Source: a virus
Length of the DNA stretch: 64,000 nt
Virus record (IMG/VR): IMGVR_UViG_3300042898_003434
Coordinates: 26,629-90,628 of that record
Direction: 5' to 3' (one strand)
Both the position numbers and the translations under genes were made by a program. The notes below the pieces were generated by a model, which worked only from the letters and a program-made list of their open reading frames with translations, was not told the DNA's origin and did no database searches. How positions within the stretch are numbered: the first letter of the stretch is position 1; each line of letters begins with the position of its first letter. This document shows, piece after piece, positions 9,391-20,300 of the stretch.

Positions 9391-9786
9391 TTACAAGAAA
9401 AAAATACGCAATAATTTTGTAGGCATAATTTTTATTTTGCCGTCGTTTACAACAATTATTGAATCTTTAAATTTGGTCCAATCAACCTGATATGTATGAG
9501 AAAATAATCCGCCGTTCTCTTGCTTGATCAATTCATTGAGAGCGTTGATCGAATATAATATATTAAAATCTTTTTTACGATGAACAGATATTGTTTTCGG
9601 AAAATATTTGCCGTTATTTTTCTCTACGTTATACGTAAGAAAAATTTCAGTCGGGTTTTCCGAGTTTTTTAAAATATACACTTTGCCGCCGTCGATCTTG
9701 TAAAATTCTTTCATTAATTCAATATCGGATTGATATGAAGCAACGTCGGAGAAAGTGCAAAGCAACTGCGTATTTGAGTTGTGCAT
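9391..9786 (-). CDS. hypothetical phage protein
   Basis: Probable start at MHNSN (9786), immediately after the upstream stop. Contains LLCTF, VHRKK and YSINALN. Confidence 0.75.
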   Translation of the reverse strand: MHNSNTQLLCTFSDVASYQSDIELMKEFYKIDGGKVYILKNSENPTEIFLTYNVEKNNGKYFPKTISVHRKKDFNILYSINALNELIKQENGGLFSHTYQVDWTKFKDSIIVVNDGKIKIMPTKLLRIFFL

Positions 9787-9787
9787 G

Positions 9788-10660
9788 TTACCCCTGTTTA
9801 CCCGCAAATAGTTTCAATTCGTCTCTATCGTTCGATTTAATAGGAGCAACTTCACCACTCAAACTGACAACGGCGGCGACAGAACCGGAAGAATCTCTCC
9901 ATTCTCCGTATGGAGTCGATGACCAATTTTTACTCTTTGCGAATTGTATAGTAATATCAACTTTCGGTTGAATAGCCGGTACAACTGGCGTCGTTGGTTC
10001 TGGTCTTGGTGCCGATGCAGTTGTAGCTACTCCTTGTGAATCGTCTGTACCTTTGCTTGCAGGTTCCGTGGATGGCGTGGATGCTGGATCCGATTGAGTG
10101 GCTGCTGGAGCTTCTGCTGATGGTTTTGAGCTTGTAGATGCCGCTGCTGCTTTTTCCGGTGCATCTGCACTGGCGGCAGTCGGCTCTGTTGCTGGCGGCA
10201 AACCGGACGGTGTTGCGTCTGGGGTGGACGCTTGCGATCCGTCCACAGGCGCTTGTTTTTCTTTAGCACTTGGATCGGTCTGAGAAGTTGTTTGTTGCGT
10301 AACTCTCTTTTGCTTTCCTCTTTTCTTGTAATAAAGATTCATACCGCCCTTGCCATGTGTAGGATCAGCAATCGCATGAGTTCCTTTTTTCAACGCCGCA
10401 TCTCTATATTCTTTGGATGGGAAAGTAACCAACCAACCTTCTTTGTTATACGCTTGTCTTTCTGGATGCTTGCCCTCGTGTCTAAGCGCTTTAATAACTT
10501 CAGACACCGTCGCATCATCAAATTTCTTTTCTATCAAACTTTCCATCAATAAAAACATATGTTCTGTATTTTGTACGTCAAACGTACCATCCTCAACCAA
10601 CGGATGAACGCATATGTCTAAGATTGAACCATTAACTGCTTCTAGGATGTCTTGTTTCAT
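9788..10660 (-). CDS. hypothetical protein with Pro/Ala/Thr/Ser-rich central linker
   Basis: 290-aa ORF. TATTTATA motifs upstream at 10674-10681 and 10712-10719. Confidence 0.75.
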   Translation of the reverse strand: MKQDILEAVNGSILDICVHPLVEDGTFDVQNTEHMFLLMESLIEKKFDDATVSEVIKALRHEGKHPERQAYNKEGWLVTFPSKEYRDAALKKGTHAIADPTHGKGGMNLYYKKRGKQKRVTQQTTSQTDPSAKEKQAPVDGSQASTPDATPSGLPPATEPTAASADAPEKAAAASTSSKPSAEAPAATQSDPASTPSTEPASKGTDDSQGVATTASAPRPEPTTPVVPAIQPKVDITIQFAKSKNWSSTPYGEWRDSSGSVAAVVSLSGEVAPIKSNDRDELKLFAGKQG

Positions 10661-10719
10661 GAATTATTATACCTATAAATATACGTATATATAACAAATA
10701 TACAATATAATTATAAATA

Positions 10720-12090
10720 TCAGTTCATCTCTATCTTTTGCATTTCGGCGTAATTTTTTCCTATATAAACTTTAACCGGAAGATCGTCCGCTTCCATAAT
10801 TTTTTTAAGTGCTTTTATAATATCTAGCTTATCGCCTCTATGAGCGTCAAACAATATACTATCATATGTGTATAAGATTGGCTTAGTCTTTTTATCCGCG
10901 CAGTACCCAAGTAACTCTTTCAATGTCTTAACAGCCATCTCAGTTTCGTATGCTTGTAAAATATAATTAAACAGCTTGTTTGGCGTTGGACTTTCAATAT
11001 GACAATCTCTAATTTTACGTTTAAATACAGGAGTTTCTATATATCCATTCTGTTCAAAGAACTTCCAGCGGTGATCGATATATTCCTGCGCTTTTTTAAA
11101 ATAAGGTATATACATCCACCTACCATCAATTCCACCATACATTTGATGAAAGGTCAGTCCTTTTGACACCGCAAGGTCTTCTTCGTCGGCTTCCGGCTTG
11201 TTGAAGTAGTACTTGGCAAGATATTCATATGGGTTTACGTCATAAGATATTGGATAATTTATCAAACGCGCAACCAATCTTGGGTGGAACGCATTATAAT
11301 CCATCATCACCAACATACCGTCATCTCCGTGCCTAGAAATAAAAGAATCTCTAGATCCGTTGGTCTTGTTTAGTGCCGCGTAATTGACGCCACCAAATCG
11401 ATTGGAAGGTCTTCCGGTGGATGTAAATAGATTGTATTGAGAGTATACCATGTTATTACTGATATGCCTCGTCTGTTCGGGACCAAACACGTCAATAAAC
11501 TTGTCAACATCGATGGCCATGCCTATTGACTCCAATTCCGCAAAACAGTTAGTCATCGTGTCGTTAACAAACTTGAAACCGTCTTCGTTTAGATATTTCA
11601 AAGAGAACTTGTCCGCGAGGCGCAAGTTTTTAAACAACGACGCATGTTTGTATAATGGCACCGAACGATTTATATTCGACACTTCTCTGAAGTTTTTTTT
11701 TATAAAAACGTGGGCATTTGTTTCTCGTGAAGTTTTATCTGATACGTCGCCCCTCCCAAGGTATTCGATTACACTCAAGTCAACAAACCCAAAGTCTTTA
11801 CCAATGAGATGGATAACATCTTTCTTATTATTGACCAATTTTACCGCATTTGATTTTTTAAGTGCATTTTTAAATGCATCAAACGCTATGGGAACGGTGA
11901 TTGCCTCGTTGTGATTGATTGGCAAGCACCAATATTCGTCGTCGGCGATAAACTTGATGAAAATCAGCGAGATGGTGTTGTTGTATGAATGCTTCTCATC
12001 GTCGGACATAACCAATTCCATATAAAACGTGTCGGTAGAGACACGGTTTAACAGTAATTCTAGATTTTCAATTGACTCGACTATGTTCAC
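10720..12090 (-). CDS. family A DNA polymerase-like protein, short with divergent motifs
   Basis: TSTGRPS; motif A MDYNAFHPRL; motif B SKGLTFHQMYG; NYILQ; motif C YTYDSILFD. Confidence 0.85.
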   Translation of the reverse strand: MNIVESIENLELLLNRVSTDTFYMELVMSDDEKHSYNNTISLIFIKFIADDEYWCLPINHNEAITVPIAFDAFKNALKKSNAVKLVNNKKDVIHLIGKDFGFVDLSVIEYLGRGDVSDKTSRETNAHVFIKKNFREVSNINRSVPLYKHASLFKNLRLADKFSLKYLNEDGFKFVNDTMTNCFAELESIGMAIDVDKFIDVFGPEQTRHISNNMVYSQYNLFTSTGRPSNRFGGVNYAALNKTNGSRDSFISRHGDDGMLVMMDYNAFHPRLVARLINYPISYDVNPYEYLAKYYFNKPEADEEDLAVSKGLTFHQMYGGIDGRWMYIPYFKKAQEYIDHRWKFFEQNGYIETPVFKRKIRDCHIESPTPNKLFNYILQAYETEMAVKTLKELLGYCADKKTKPILYTYDSILFDAHRGDKLDIIKALKKIMEADDLPVKVYIGKNYAEMQKIEMN

Positions 12091-12096
12091 TGTGGC

Positions 12097-12124
12097 AACT
12101 TACCACGTGTTCGGTCGAAGTCAA
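12097..12124 (-). promoter_or_regulatory. sigma70-type promoter for the polymerase gene
   Basis: TTGACT-N16-TAAGTT with TG extension, 6 nt before the GTG start. Confidence 0.55.
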
Positions 12125-12125
12125 G

Positions 12126-12515
12126 TCAATATCCGCGCCAATACTCAACTAGGTTTGACAAGGCGAATGATAAATCCACTTCAGTTTCAATCTTCACTCG
12201 ATTAATTTCGGCTGCGTTATTTTCAGAAACACTTGACTTTTCGACAATACCGTTAACAATTTTCTTTTCTTTTGATCCCGATATTTTCCAATTTAAACTG
12301 ACTACCACATACAAATTTTTGTCTAATCCGTTTATTTTAGATGGGTCTATTTCAATTATTTTATCCTCATTTACTTTTTTTACAAAGTATCTAATTAAAA
12401 TTCCCGACTGATATTGCTCCTTTGTTGGTACCGGATTATATTTTACAGGAGGATTTCGAGTTAACATGCCCGATATAATCCCATACTCAGATGTTAATTT
12501 GTCATTATATATCAT
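12126..12515 (-). CDS. hypothetical baseplate-region protein
   Basis: Probable start MIYND at 12515 overlapping the upstream TGA. Y.P.PT..QY..G...RYFVKK motif. Confidence 0.7.
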   Translation of the reverse strand: MIYNDKLTSEYGIISGMLTRNPPVKYNPVPTKEQYQSGILIRYFVKKVNEDKIIEIDPSKINGLDKNLYVVVSLNWKISGSKEKKIVNGIVEKSSVSENNAAEINRVKIETEVDLSFALSNLVEYWRGY

Positions 12516-14812
12516 TGTTGAGTCCTCGATATTTGTCTTAATTCTGCACCAATCGAAGTTTTCCACACACCGGATGAAATAGTATGGCTGACCGATTTTA
12601 TTGAAAAAATGGCATTTTTATAAGAATACTGTTCTGGTACATGATCTACTGTAAACATGCCAAGAAAAGTAAATCCGGCTATCCCCAAAACTTCAAATTC
12701 AAAAATTGTATTTGGCATCACGGGAGTATTGACATATGCAGCGGCAGAATTCTTATCTTCCATTACGATTTGTTTCATCAGTGTGTCAGACGGTTCATTC
12801 AAATAATAATCTATTCCGCTGCTGGGAGAGCTTGAATATATGTTAAAACCCTCGTCGTTAGTATTTCTACTAAGATCACTTTTTTTATTCGTGGCGTCTG
12901 TATTTGATGTTGTGGCCGGAGATTTATAAGCTTTATCCGCCAATCTATCGTTCGAGACAAACCTTCCAAAAGAGTTTGAATCTTGTGTCGGTTTTGTTTT
13001 GTCACTGTCGTTATCCTTGGTGTCGTTCGGAGCTTTCGCGTCTCTAGCTGCAAGCTCCGCTGATCCAGCAGTAAATAACACTTGGCTTGCCATTTCAGGA
13101 CTCATTTTTACATCCATGCCCGCACTTAATAAATATGCGTGATTAACTGAGCCGAGCACAATTCTAGTTAATTCAGATGCGGTTTTTTCATTTAGCACCG
13201 GTGCAAATTTTATATCCATGACTGTTACATAATTTTGATTCGCGTTTGTGTCTGGCATCAACCTCAATTCATTTACTCCGGAAAGTGCCTGTGATATCTT
13301 ACTTAAAATCGAAGTCATCATTGATTTCACCGTAGAATTTTCTTTCGCCGAAGATTTTATAAAATCTGTAGAAATATAAACATCTTTTAAATAACCAAAA
13401 TATCCAAAACTTTGTTTATAAAAATCTTTGCTAGTCGCGTCTGTTACATCGGCGTCTGAAAATATAGGAAACGATTTTCCTTTAAATTCTGGGTCAACTC
13501 TTTCGTTTAAAATAGCTTGTAAATCATCATATTGATCAGTAAATCCAAATTCCTTCAATATAGATGGAATTCTTCCGTATTTTTTATAATGTTCACCGTT
13601 TTCAATTTCGCTTAAATTTCCAGTAGAAGCAGTCTTGCCCGTTGTTTCTTTTTTTATATATTTAGGCGCAAATTTGTTGGGGATAATGACGTCCGGATCT
13701 ATTGATTTTAAACCGGGATGCGCGCCGATTAATACATTTGTAATATCTATTTTTTGCCAACTAAATTGTTTTTCTTTTTTATTTTCGTCTAATACAACAA
13801 CCGGAAATTGAGTTTCAAAAAAATGATTTAATATTTCCACAAAATAATCCATTCTGACCCACTGTCTAGTGGTTGTAAATGTTGCCCCCGACTCAAATCT
13901 AAATATACGACCATGCGACTTGGGAAAATTGGGCTGAATGTCTGACTGATCAGTATCGTTCAATGCAATAGAATCCCATTTACTGTATTTATTAAACTCG
14001 CTGAAGCTTTCTATTTTTTCGACATTTCCATTTTTATTTTTACGTTGGAGAGTTTCTTCTCCATAATTCTGGCCTTCGAATAACCAAGCAACGCTTGTAA
14101 TTGTCGTACTACACTCGTATACTCCGTTTCCAGAAAGTTTATATGCATAGTCGGTTATAATTCCCATATGCGCATCATAGTTTCCGTCTGACATTTTTGA
14201 TTTTTCTAAAATAGCCTTGGGATTACCAAATATTGGGCGCAATTTGTCTACATCATAGTCAATCAATGATGCTGGGTTATAATTATCCCATCCCCATTCA
14301 ACGACACATGTTACTCTCGGCGAAAGAAAATACGGAGATAAATAATTTAGTTGTTCTAACGAATATGCTTTCCATTTAATTACCGCCTTTCTGCAAACAG
14401 CAGCAAACGGTGCCGATTGTCCTCCTAAAAGCTCGACGCGTATTTCATCAACTGACGGTGGCGGTCTATGTGGAAATGTTGTCGAAGTGTCACTTGATAT
14501 AGTATGAGGGTTGCCCCTAGCATCCAATCCGATAGTAGAAATTTTTTGAGTATTAAAACCAAGGCTGTCGTCAAACCCATTAACTCCAAACATCAAAAAT
14601 CCATCAAGATTTTTTGATGTGTCATTTTCTTTCAAATTATTTTTAACAACCGTCGGTATTCCATTTGAAAAAAATCTTGCCCACGCAGTTTTAACCGTGT
14701 TTCGTTTTTCGGCACCATTGAATCCATAATCACTAGATCGATTTTGTAATTCTGCTACTACCCACGGTTTGATAGGATGTAAACCCCACGGAATAAATGT
14801 GTCTTGATCCAT
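12512..14812 (-). CDS. putative baseplate hub protein (gp27/gpD-like)
   Basis: 766 aa, follows the LysM gene. The C-terminal 'FEVLGIAG...FSIKSVSHTISSGVWKTSI' resembles hub proteins. Confidence 0.6.
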   Translation of the reverse strand: MDQDTFIPWGLHPIKPWVVAELQNRSSDYGFNGAEKRNTVKTAWARFFSNGIPTVVKNNLKENDTSKNLDGFLMFGVNGFDDSLGFNTQKISTIGLDARGNPHTISSDTSTTFPHRPPPSVDEIRVELLGGQSAPFAAVCRKAVIKWKAYSLEQLNYLSPYFLSPRVTCVVEWGWDNYNPASLIDYDVDKLRPIFGNPKAILEKSKMSDGNYDAHMGIITDYAYKLSGNGVYECSTTITSVAWLFEGQNYGEETLQRKNKNGNVEKIESFSEFNKYSKWDSIALNDTDQSDIQPNFPKSHGRIFRFESGATFTTTRQWVRMDYFVEILNHFFETQFPVVVLDENKKEKQFSWQKIDITNVLIGAHPGLKSIDPDVIIPNKFAPKYIKKETTGKTASTGNLSEIENGEHYKKYGRIPSILKEFGFTDQYDDLQAILNERVDPEFKGKSFPIFSDADVTDATSKDFYKQSFGYFGYLKDVYISTDFIKSSAKENSTVKSMMTSILSKISQALSGVNELRLMPDTNANQNYVTVMDIKFAPVLNEKTASELTRIVLGSVNHAYLLSAGMDVKMSPEMASQVLFTAGSAELAARDAKAPNDTKDNDSDKTKPTQDSNSFGRFVSNDRLADKAYKSPATTSNTDATNKKSDLSRNTNDEGFNIYSSSPSSGIDYYLNEPSDTLMKQIVMEDKNSAAAYVNTPVMPNTIFEFEVLGIAGFTFLGMFTVDHVPEQYSYKNAIFSIKSVSHTISSGVWKTSIGAELRQISRTQQ

Positions 14813-14827
14813 ATTATAAAACCGATA

Positions 14828-15127
14828 TTATGAATTTGCCCTGTTGAATTTTGCAACGATTGTTGATATGTTGGACGGTATTCTTAATTGTTGACCAACC
14901 GCTGGCTTCATCGTACCTTTTATATAGTTTGCTTGAGCGATGACCCACCATAGTGTAGAATCTTTATAAAACTTATTTGCTAACGAGTCAAGAAAATCCG
15001 CATCCGTTGCGGTAACATATATGTCATCCGAGTTTACCGGTATTGCCGGATATCGGGTAGTAATAAATACGCGTTTACCGTCATATCTATTTTTTATATT
15101 GTTAAAATTTATGTTATATCTGTTCAT
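14828..15127 (-). CDS. LysM-type baseplate wedge protein (gp53/gpX-like)
   Basis: D.LDSLANKFY.DSTLWWVIAQAN...GQQLRIP LysM-like motif. Confidence 0.85.
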   Translation of the reverse strand: MNRYNINFNNIKNRYDGKRVFITTRYPAIPVNSDDIYVTATDADFLDSLANKFYKDSTLWWVIAQANYIKGTMKPAVGQQLRIPSNISTIVAKFNRANS

Positions 15128-15129
15128 AG

Positions 15130-17277
15130 TTAAACCCTAGCCGTTACATTATAGTGGTCGGCGCTTGTAGTCGATCTTTCTTTTTCCAATAGGCTCATTC
15201 CGACATTCACATCGACCTTAGTTGGCAATTGTAAAGATTTTGTTTTTGCATCGTAATATTGTTTTCCAATATATTGATTGTATTGTTCGCCGTCTCCTCG
15301 AAAACTTTCCCACATAGAATCATCCGGAATGCTTATACCGACAGATGTAATTATCGATGGTTGATCTTCATACAAGTCTCCCATTGTTAAAGTGACCATG
15401 GGGGGGTACATAAATTGAGACATGATACCGCCACCGTCGGCGGTCTTGCCTTTGGTGTATGCCGGAGGTCTCGTTAACCCAACCAAATAATTGATTCTCG
15501 ACCACATCGGCACAAGTTCTTCTAAACTGTTAGCGTATACCGTAAAATTGAAATTCAAAGTTCTTTCAAACCCTTTATACATATATAATTTATCAGCTCT
15601 TCCGAGGTATTGAACAGTATCCCATTCCGGAGAATGTACTTCATTTATAGAAGTAAGCGTGGCTCTAAATGGAATGTATATGTTGTTCACCAAATCAAAA
15701 AAATGAAAAAAGATTAAATCTTTGGATTGGCCATTTCCTAATGTCAAGTCGGGTGGAATTGTGTTTCTATCGCCGGTGATTACTTCCAATACATTAATCT
15801 TGTCCGCAACACTGTTAGTATTTCCATCTTTTTTATAAGACGCAAATCCGCGTTTTGCTAATGTGATTTTTTCACTAATGGTATTGGTAAATTTTGTTTT
15901 GCCGATTTCAATAGCGGAATATCCAGCCACAACTTTTTCTAACTTAGAAACTTGTTCTTTTTTAATAGACCCTGCAATCTCGTCGGCCCCTGTAATAGCA
16001 GTGGGATATCTCTTCTCGGTCGTACCAATTTCTGGATATGTTATGTATTTCTTCGGGGTGTTGCTGTCATTGCGGTAATCCTCCACAGTCTTTAACTGTT
16101 CGGTAGATTTTCTAAATTGCGGGGGTTTGGCCCAAACATCCGTGGTAATTCCTACAGTATTTATTATATCACGCTGTTTTTGTATACTAAAATTACGAAT
16201 TCTTGCATTCTCAGAATTTGCACGATCTCCCGCAGTTAAAACACTATATCGTAATGTCGGTGTATATCTATGAAATTCACCCACGTTAATTGCGTCATCC
16301 GCAACCCCGGGCGGCGCTTTGGCGGGTGCACCAAGAAATGCGGCACTCAAAGAAGATTTTATTGTATCGATAAATCCCATTTGACTCTGCGCATCTGTTT
16401 GTGGAGTATTTTTTGCAGCCAACATTCCACCTTTATCCGTATACATTGATTCATATGCGCCAATTATTCCGTTATATTCTGGACGAATTTCCCATTTATT
16501 GTCCGCCCCGCCACCAAAACCAAACGGATTTGTACTTGGTATGAAACTCTTCAGTTTACTGACAAGAGCTTTACCTAACGCACTTCCAAAACTTGGCGTT
16601 TTTTGGCCAACTTGGTCGGTACCAGCGTCTGGAAAAACCGTATTAAATCTATTGCGACCACTATCACCACTTTCATAGCGTATAAGTCCCTTGGCTGGTA
16701 GACCATTCATCTTTGCGTAACTAGACAAAGCCGGACCAGTCGCTGTTCCGTCCGGGTTGTTTTCTATGGCTTTGCTTTGTATACCAACAACACTCAACAA
16801 TGATGTCGCAACGAAATTACCAACACCACCGCTGACAGGCAAAAATCTAACAGGTCTATCAATGAGTCCGGTAGATCCTTTAGCGGCGGTTGCGCTTAAT
16901 AGACTAAGTGGGTTGTATATTCTAGTTTCATTGAAGCTGTTTTGTTTCTGTAACAGATACTGTTTTCCGATATATAGCAAACCAGTTCCACTCGTTGCAA
17001 ATTTTGAGACTCTTTGTATATCGAGTAGTGTTGACCCAAACGGCATCGCTTGAGAATCCGCCCGTGTAATATTCTTTGAAAATTCACTACTAGCAACATC
17101 TATAAATACATACGGTTGAGAGCTACCGATCTTTATACCTGGCCCAGTCGATTGCGTATACACCGAATACTTCTTATAAATAGAATTTGATTCTTTATTA
17201 AAAGTGGCCAATCTATCCGCAGGTGTCAGTCTTTTTATAGGCGACAGTGGATTTGAGATTGTTAGGTCGGATAGCAT
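15130..17277 (-). CDS. tail tube initiator / baseplate protein (gp48/gp54/gpU-like C-terminal domain)
   Basis: Lies between tape measure and LysM genes. C-terminal 'IPFRA...W....YLGRADK.Y.Y.GFER.L.F.F' and 'PPMVTLTMGDLY'. Confidence 0.65.
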   Translation of the reverse strand: MLSDLTISNPLSPIKRLTPADRLATFNKESNSIYKKYSVYTQSTGPGIKIGSSQPYVFIDVASSEFSKNITRADSQAMPFGSTLLDIQRVSKFATSGTGLLYIGKQYLLQKQNSFNETRIYNPLSLLSATAAKGSTGLIDRPVRFLPVSGGVGNFVATSLLSVVGIQSKAIENNPDGTATGPALSSYAKMNGLPAKGLIRYESGDSGRNRFNTVFPDAGTDQVGQKTPSFGSALGKALVSKLKSFIPSTNPFGFGGGADNKWEIRPEYNGIIGAYESMYTDKGGMLAAKNTPQTDAQSQMGFIDTIKSSLSAAFLGAPAKAPPGVADDAINVGEFHRYTPTLRYSVLTAGDRANSENARIRNFSIQKQRDIINTVGITTDVWAKPPQFRKSTEQLKTVEDYRNDSNTPKKYITYPEIGTTEKRYPTAITGADEIAGSIKKEQVSKLEKVVAGYSAIEIGKTKFTNTISEKITLAKRGFASYKKDGNTNSVADKINVLEVITGDRNTIPPDLTLGNGQSKDLIFFHFFDLVNNIYIPFRATLTSINEVHSPEWDTVQYLGRADKLYMYKGFERTLNFNFTVYANSLEELVPMWSRINYLVGLTRPPAYTKGKTADGGGIMSQFMYPPMVTLTMGDLYEDQPSIITSVGISIPDDSMWESFRGDGEQYNQYIGKQYYDAKTKSLQLPTKVDVNVGMSLLEKERSTTSADHYNVTARV

Positions 17278-17305
17278 ATGTTATAAATATCGATACATGC
17301 CAGTT

Positions 17306-20300
17306 TTAGTCTCTTGCGCTGGATGCCATCGCCGAGGATACTTTTCTTCCGTCTAGATTTACAGCAATTGCACCACTTCGCATTAAAGATATAAGTTCGT
17401 CTAACTTGCCACCAAGAACACCAACACTTGTGTCGGTTGGAGCGGCGGCGGTTGTTGGAGCGGCGGTCGGCGCGGCGGCGGATATTACCGCCAGCGCTGC
17501 CATTTTAATGGTACTCATACTTTCTACTTGGTCGTTTAGTTTAGACAGCGACAATGTTAACTTATCGACTGACGCCGCGAATGAGTCAACTGCTCCAAAA
17601 TTAGACATCGACGTGGATATCTTTTGGATAGAATCGGCAGTAAGTTGCAATTGACTTCCCATCGACGACAGCTCTTTTATTTTTTTAATCGGGTCGCCAC
17701 CCAACAGTCCACCAACAAAATTACCAATACCAGCAACCGCCGATCCAGTGCCAAATGCGGCCAGTGCAATTCCGATTGCCCCAATGCCGCCCGCCGCTAG
17801 ATACAAACCCCCCGCTGTGCTTGCTAGGGATGTAAGTGGCGTTATCATTTTTTCAATACCGGTTGCAAGTACCGGCAATCCTTCTGCTAATGCAGTCGTC
17901 CCAATTCCAAATACCCCAATCGCTAGGCCAAGTACGCCAATTGCGAGCGATCCGGCGAATATGAGCGGCGCGATATAACCAAGACCAGCAGCGGCAAGTC
18001 CCAAGCCAACGATAGCAACACCCACTTTGGCTAAGGTACCCCATTCCAATTCCGCAAATTGTTTAAATCCATATGCGATACCTGCAAATGCTAAGGCGAG
18101 TAAGCCCATAGAAACGATACCCGCCATCACTGTGCCCTTACCCATTGCCTTTAAACCCGAGGCAAGCAATTCAAGACCAGCTCCAGCAGGGCCACCTAAA
18201 AATGCGACTGCCGCAAGACCAATTGCTCCCACGGTCATAATTGCAAACGCTAAGGCAGCAGCGGTGAGTGAACCAGCTCCAAGTAAAACGTCTCCCTTTG
18301 CCATCTTTTTCAACCCTTTCGCAATTCCTTCTAACGCAGCAGAAAGCTTTTCACCATCTACCATAGACAATAGTTTTGCACCAAGCACACCGGGTATCAT
18401 CACTACAAGGCCAATTGAGGCCGGTATTAAATTAAGCGCACCCTTCAAAACTTCGACACCGGCCATCTTTTTTAATCCCGCCGCAAGGTTTGTTAAAAAC
18501 GACTTGATTCCGGAACCGTTGTTTGACTTCATCGATCTTGAAGATTTTTCTGTTTTTTCCACTCCTTTTGAAATATCAGGAGTGCCAGTCGTAGTGCTCG
18601 GACCCTTAACTTTTTCAACAAGCGATTTTGCAAACGACCCTACGGCCTTGAATGGTTTTGCAATCATGCTCATGACTGCACCAACACCGCCAGAACCAAA
18701 AAAGATATTGGTAATTAAACCTGCGCCAGCAATTTGTATCAAAGTGCCAACAAATGTTCCTAAATCTTTAACTTGTTCTTTGGCAAATTCTACAGTTTTC
18801 GACCAAGATCCAGTACCATCTACGATGGAGGCAACGCCATCTGCTATCCATTTTATAGGACTTAATACCCAAGCAAGCCCCGCTGCTATTAAACCGACCA
18901 ATTGTGCTATACGAGAAAAAATAGGAACAACTATTGTTACCAGCGGGGTAATTATTGGTTCTAGTATGTTTCCAATCGCAACAACCATTGATTCCAAACT
19001 AGTTTTTAACTTTGTAATCAAGCCTTGAATTTTCTGTTGCATCAACGCTTTTTCGTTTTGTTTTACCAAGTCAGCAGAATCCAAATCGTTTATCTTCTTC
19101 AAAGCTGCTAACTCTTTTTCTTGTGCTTTTAACGTGGCTTTTTTAGCTTCGTCGCTACCCATTAATATAGCATCACGCTGTGCTTCAACTGCCATCATCT
19201 TAGTCAAATCTTTAAGTTCCATGCCAGCCGCTTTAGCCAATGCTTCGCGCTGATACACATTCATCTTGTTGAAGTCACCCGCATTCTTTACCGTTTCCAA
19301 AGTGGCTCTGGCAGAATCCTCAACTCTTCCTTCAAACGCCAATTGTCTTGCCAATTGAAAATTAACATTTCTGCCAAGCAATGCACTTGCTTCCATTTCG
19401 TCATTTATACTTGCGCTAAAATCAAGAAGTTTTCTTTGAGAAGATACAAGCTTGTTTAATTCCATTCCCATCGATCTTGCCGCAATTGCGGATTTCATCA
19501 GTTTTGACGGGTTTGCACCTAGCATACTGAGAGTATCTTCCGATGCACTTGCCACGTCTTGCATAACCAGTTTGAAAGGAATACCCGCTTTGTCAGATAT
19601 ACCGGCACCAACTTTGATGATATTCATCGCGGCTTGCTCAGATGCACCACCCAACCCTTGGAATGTAGCCAGTACAGCAGCCGAATTTTCTTGAGCTACA
19701 CCAAGGTTTACACTCAACAAAGAAACATTCTGCAATGCTTCTTTACTGATAAGCGATGTTCTGCCAAATGTGTCCGTTAAAGCTTGCGCGGATTTATATG
19801 CAACCTCAATTGAAACTCCCATCGAAGCAAATTCAACATTTAAAGCCTCCGCGTCTTTGCGAAGGTCTTTCATTTGTGTGGCACTAAAACCGGTCTGTTT
19901 TCTAAATTCTTCGGCGGCTTTATCTAGTTCGACAAACCGATCATAGCCCAGTTTAATGAGTTTCCAAAAATTTAATTTGGCTGTCAACCCTTGTATCTCA
20001 CTCAACAATTTACTTGCTTTCAATGCCTCGTTGTTTAAATCACCTTCCAATTTTAAATTTTTACTTTCCAGCCCAGATTTTTTTATCGATAGTTCATTTA
20101 ACTCTTCATCAATCGCTTTGATTTTTTCTTTATGTATCAACTCGTGTACAAATTGTTCGTTCAACCGGTCTATCAACCTGCCCCTTTCGTCCGTCAATGC
20201 ACCATGTTTTAATTCGGCGGAAATATTTTTCATAACAATACTGTTTCCAACTAGTGCAGCAAGATTTTGTCTATTTTTTAAATCGGCAATCATCTCATCA

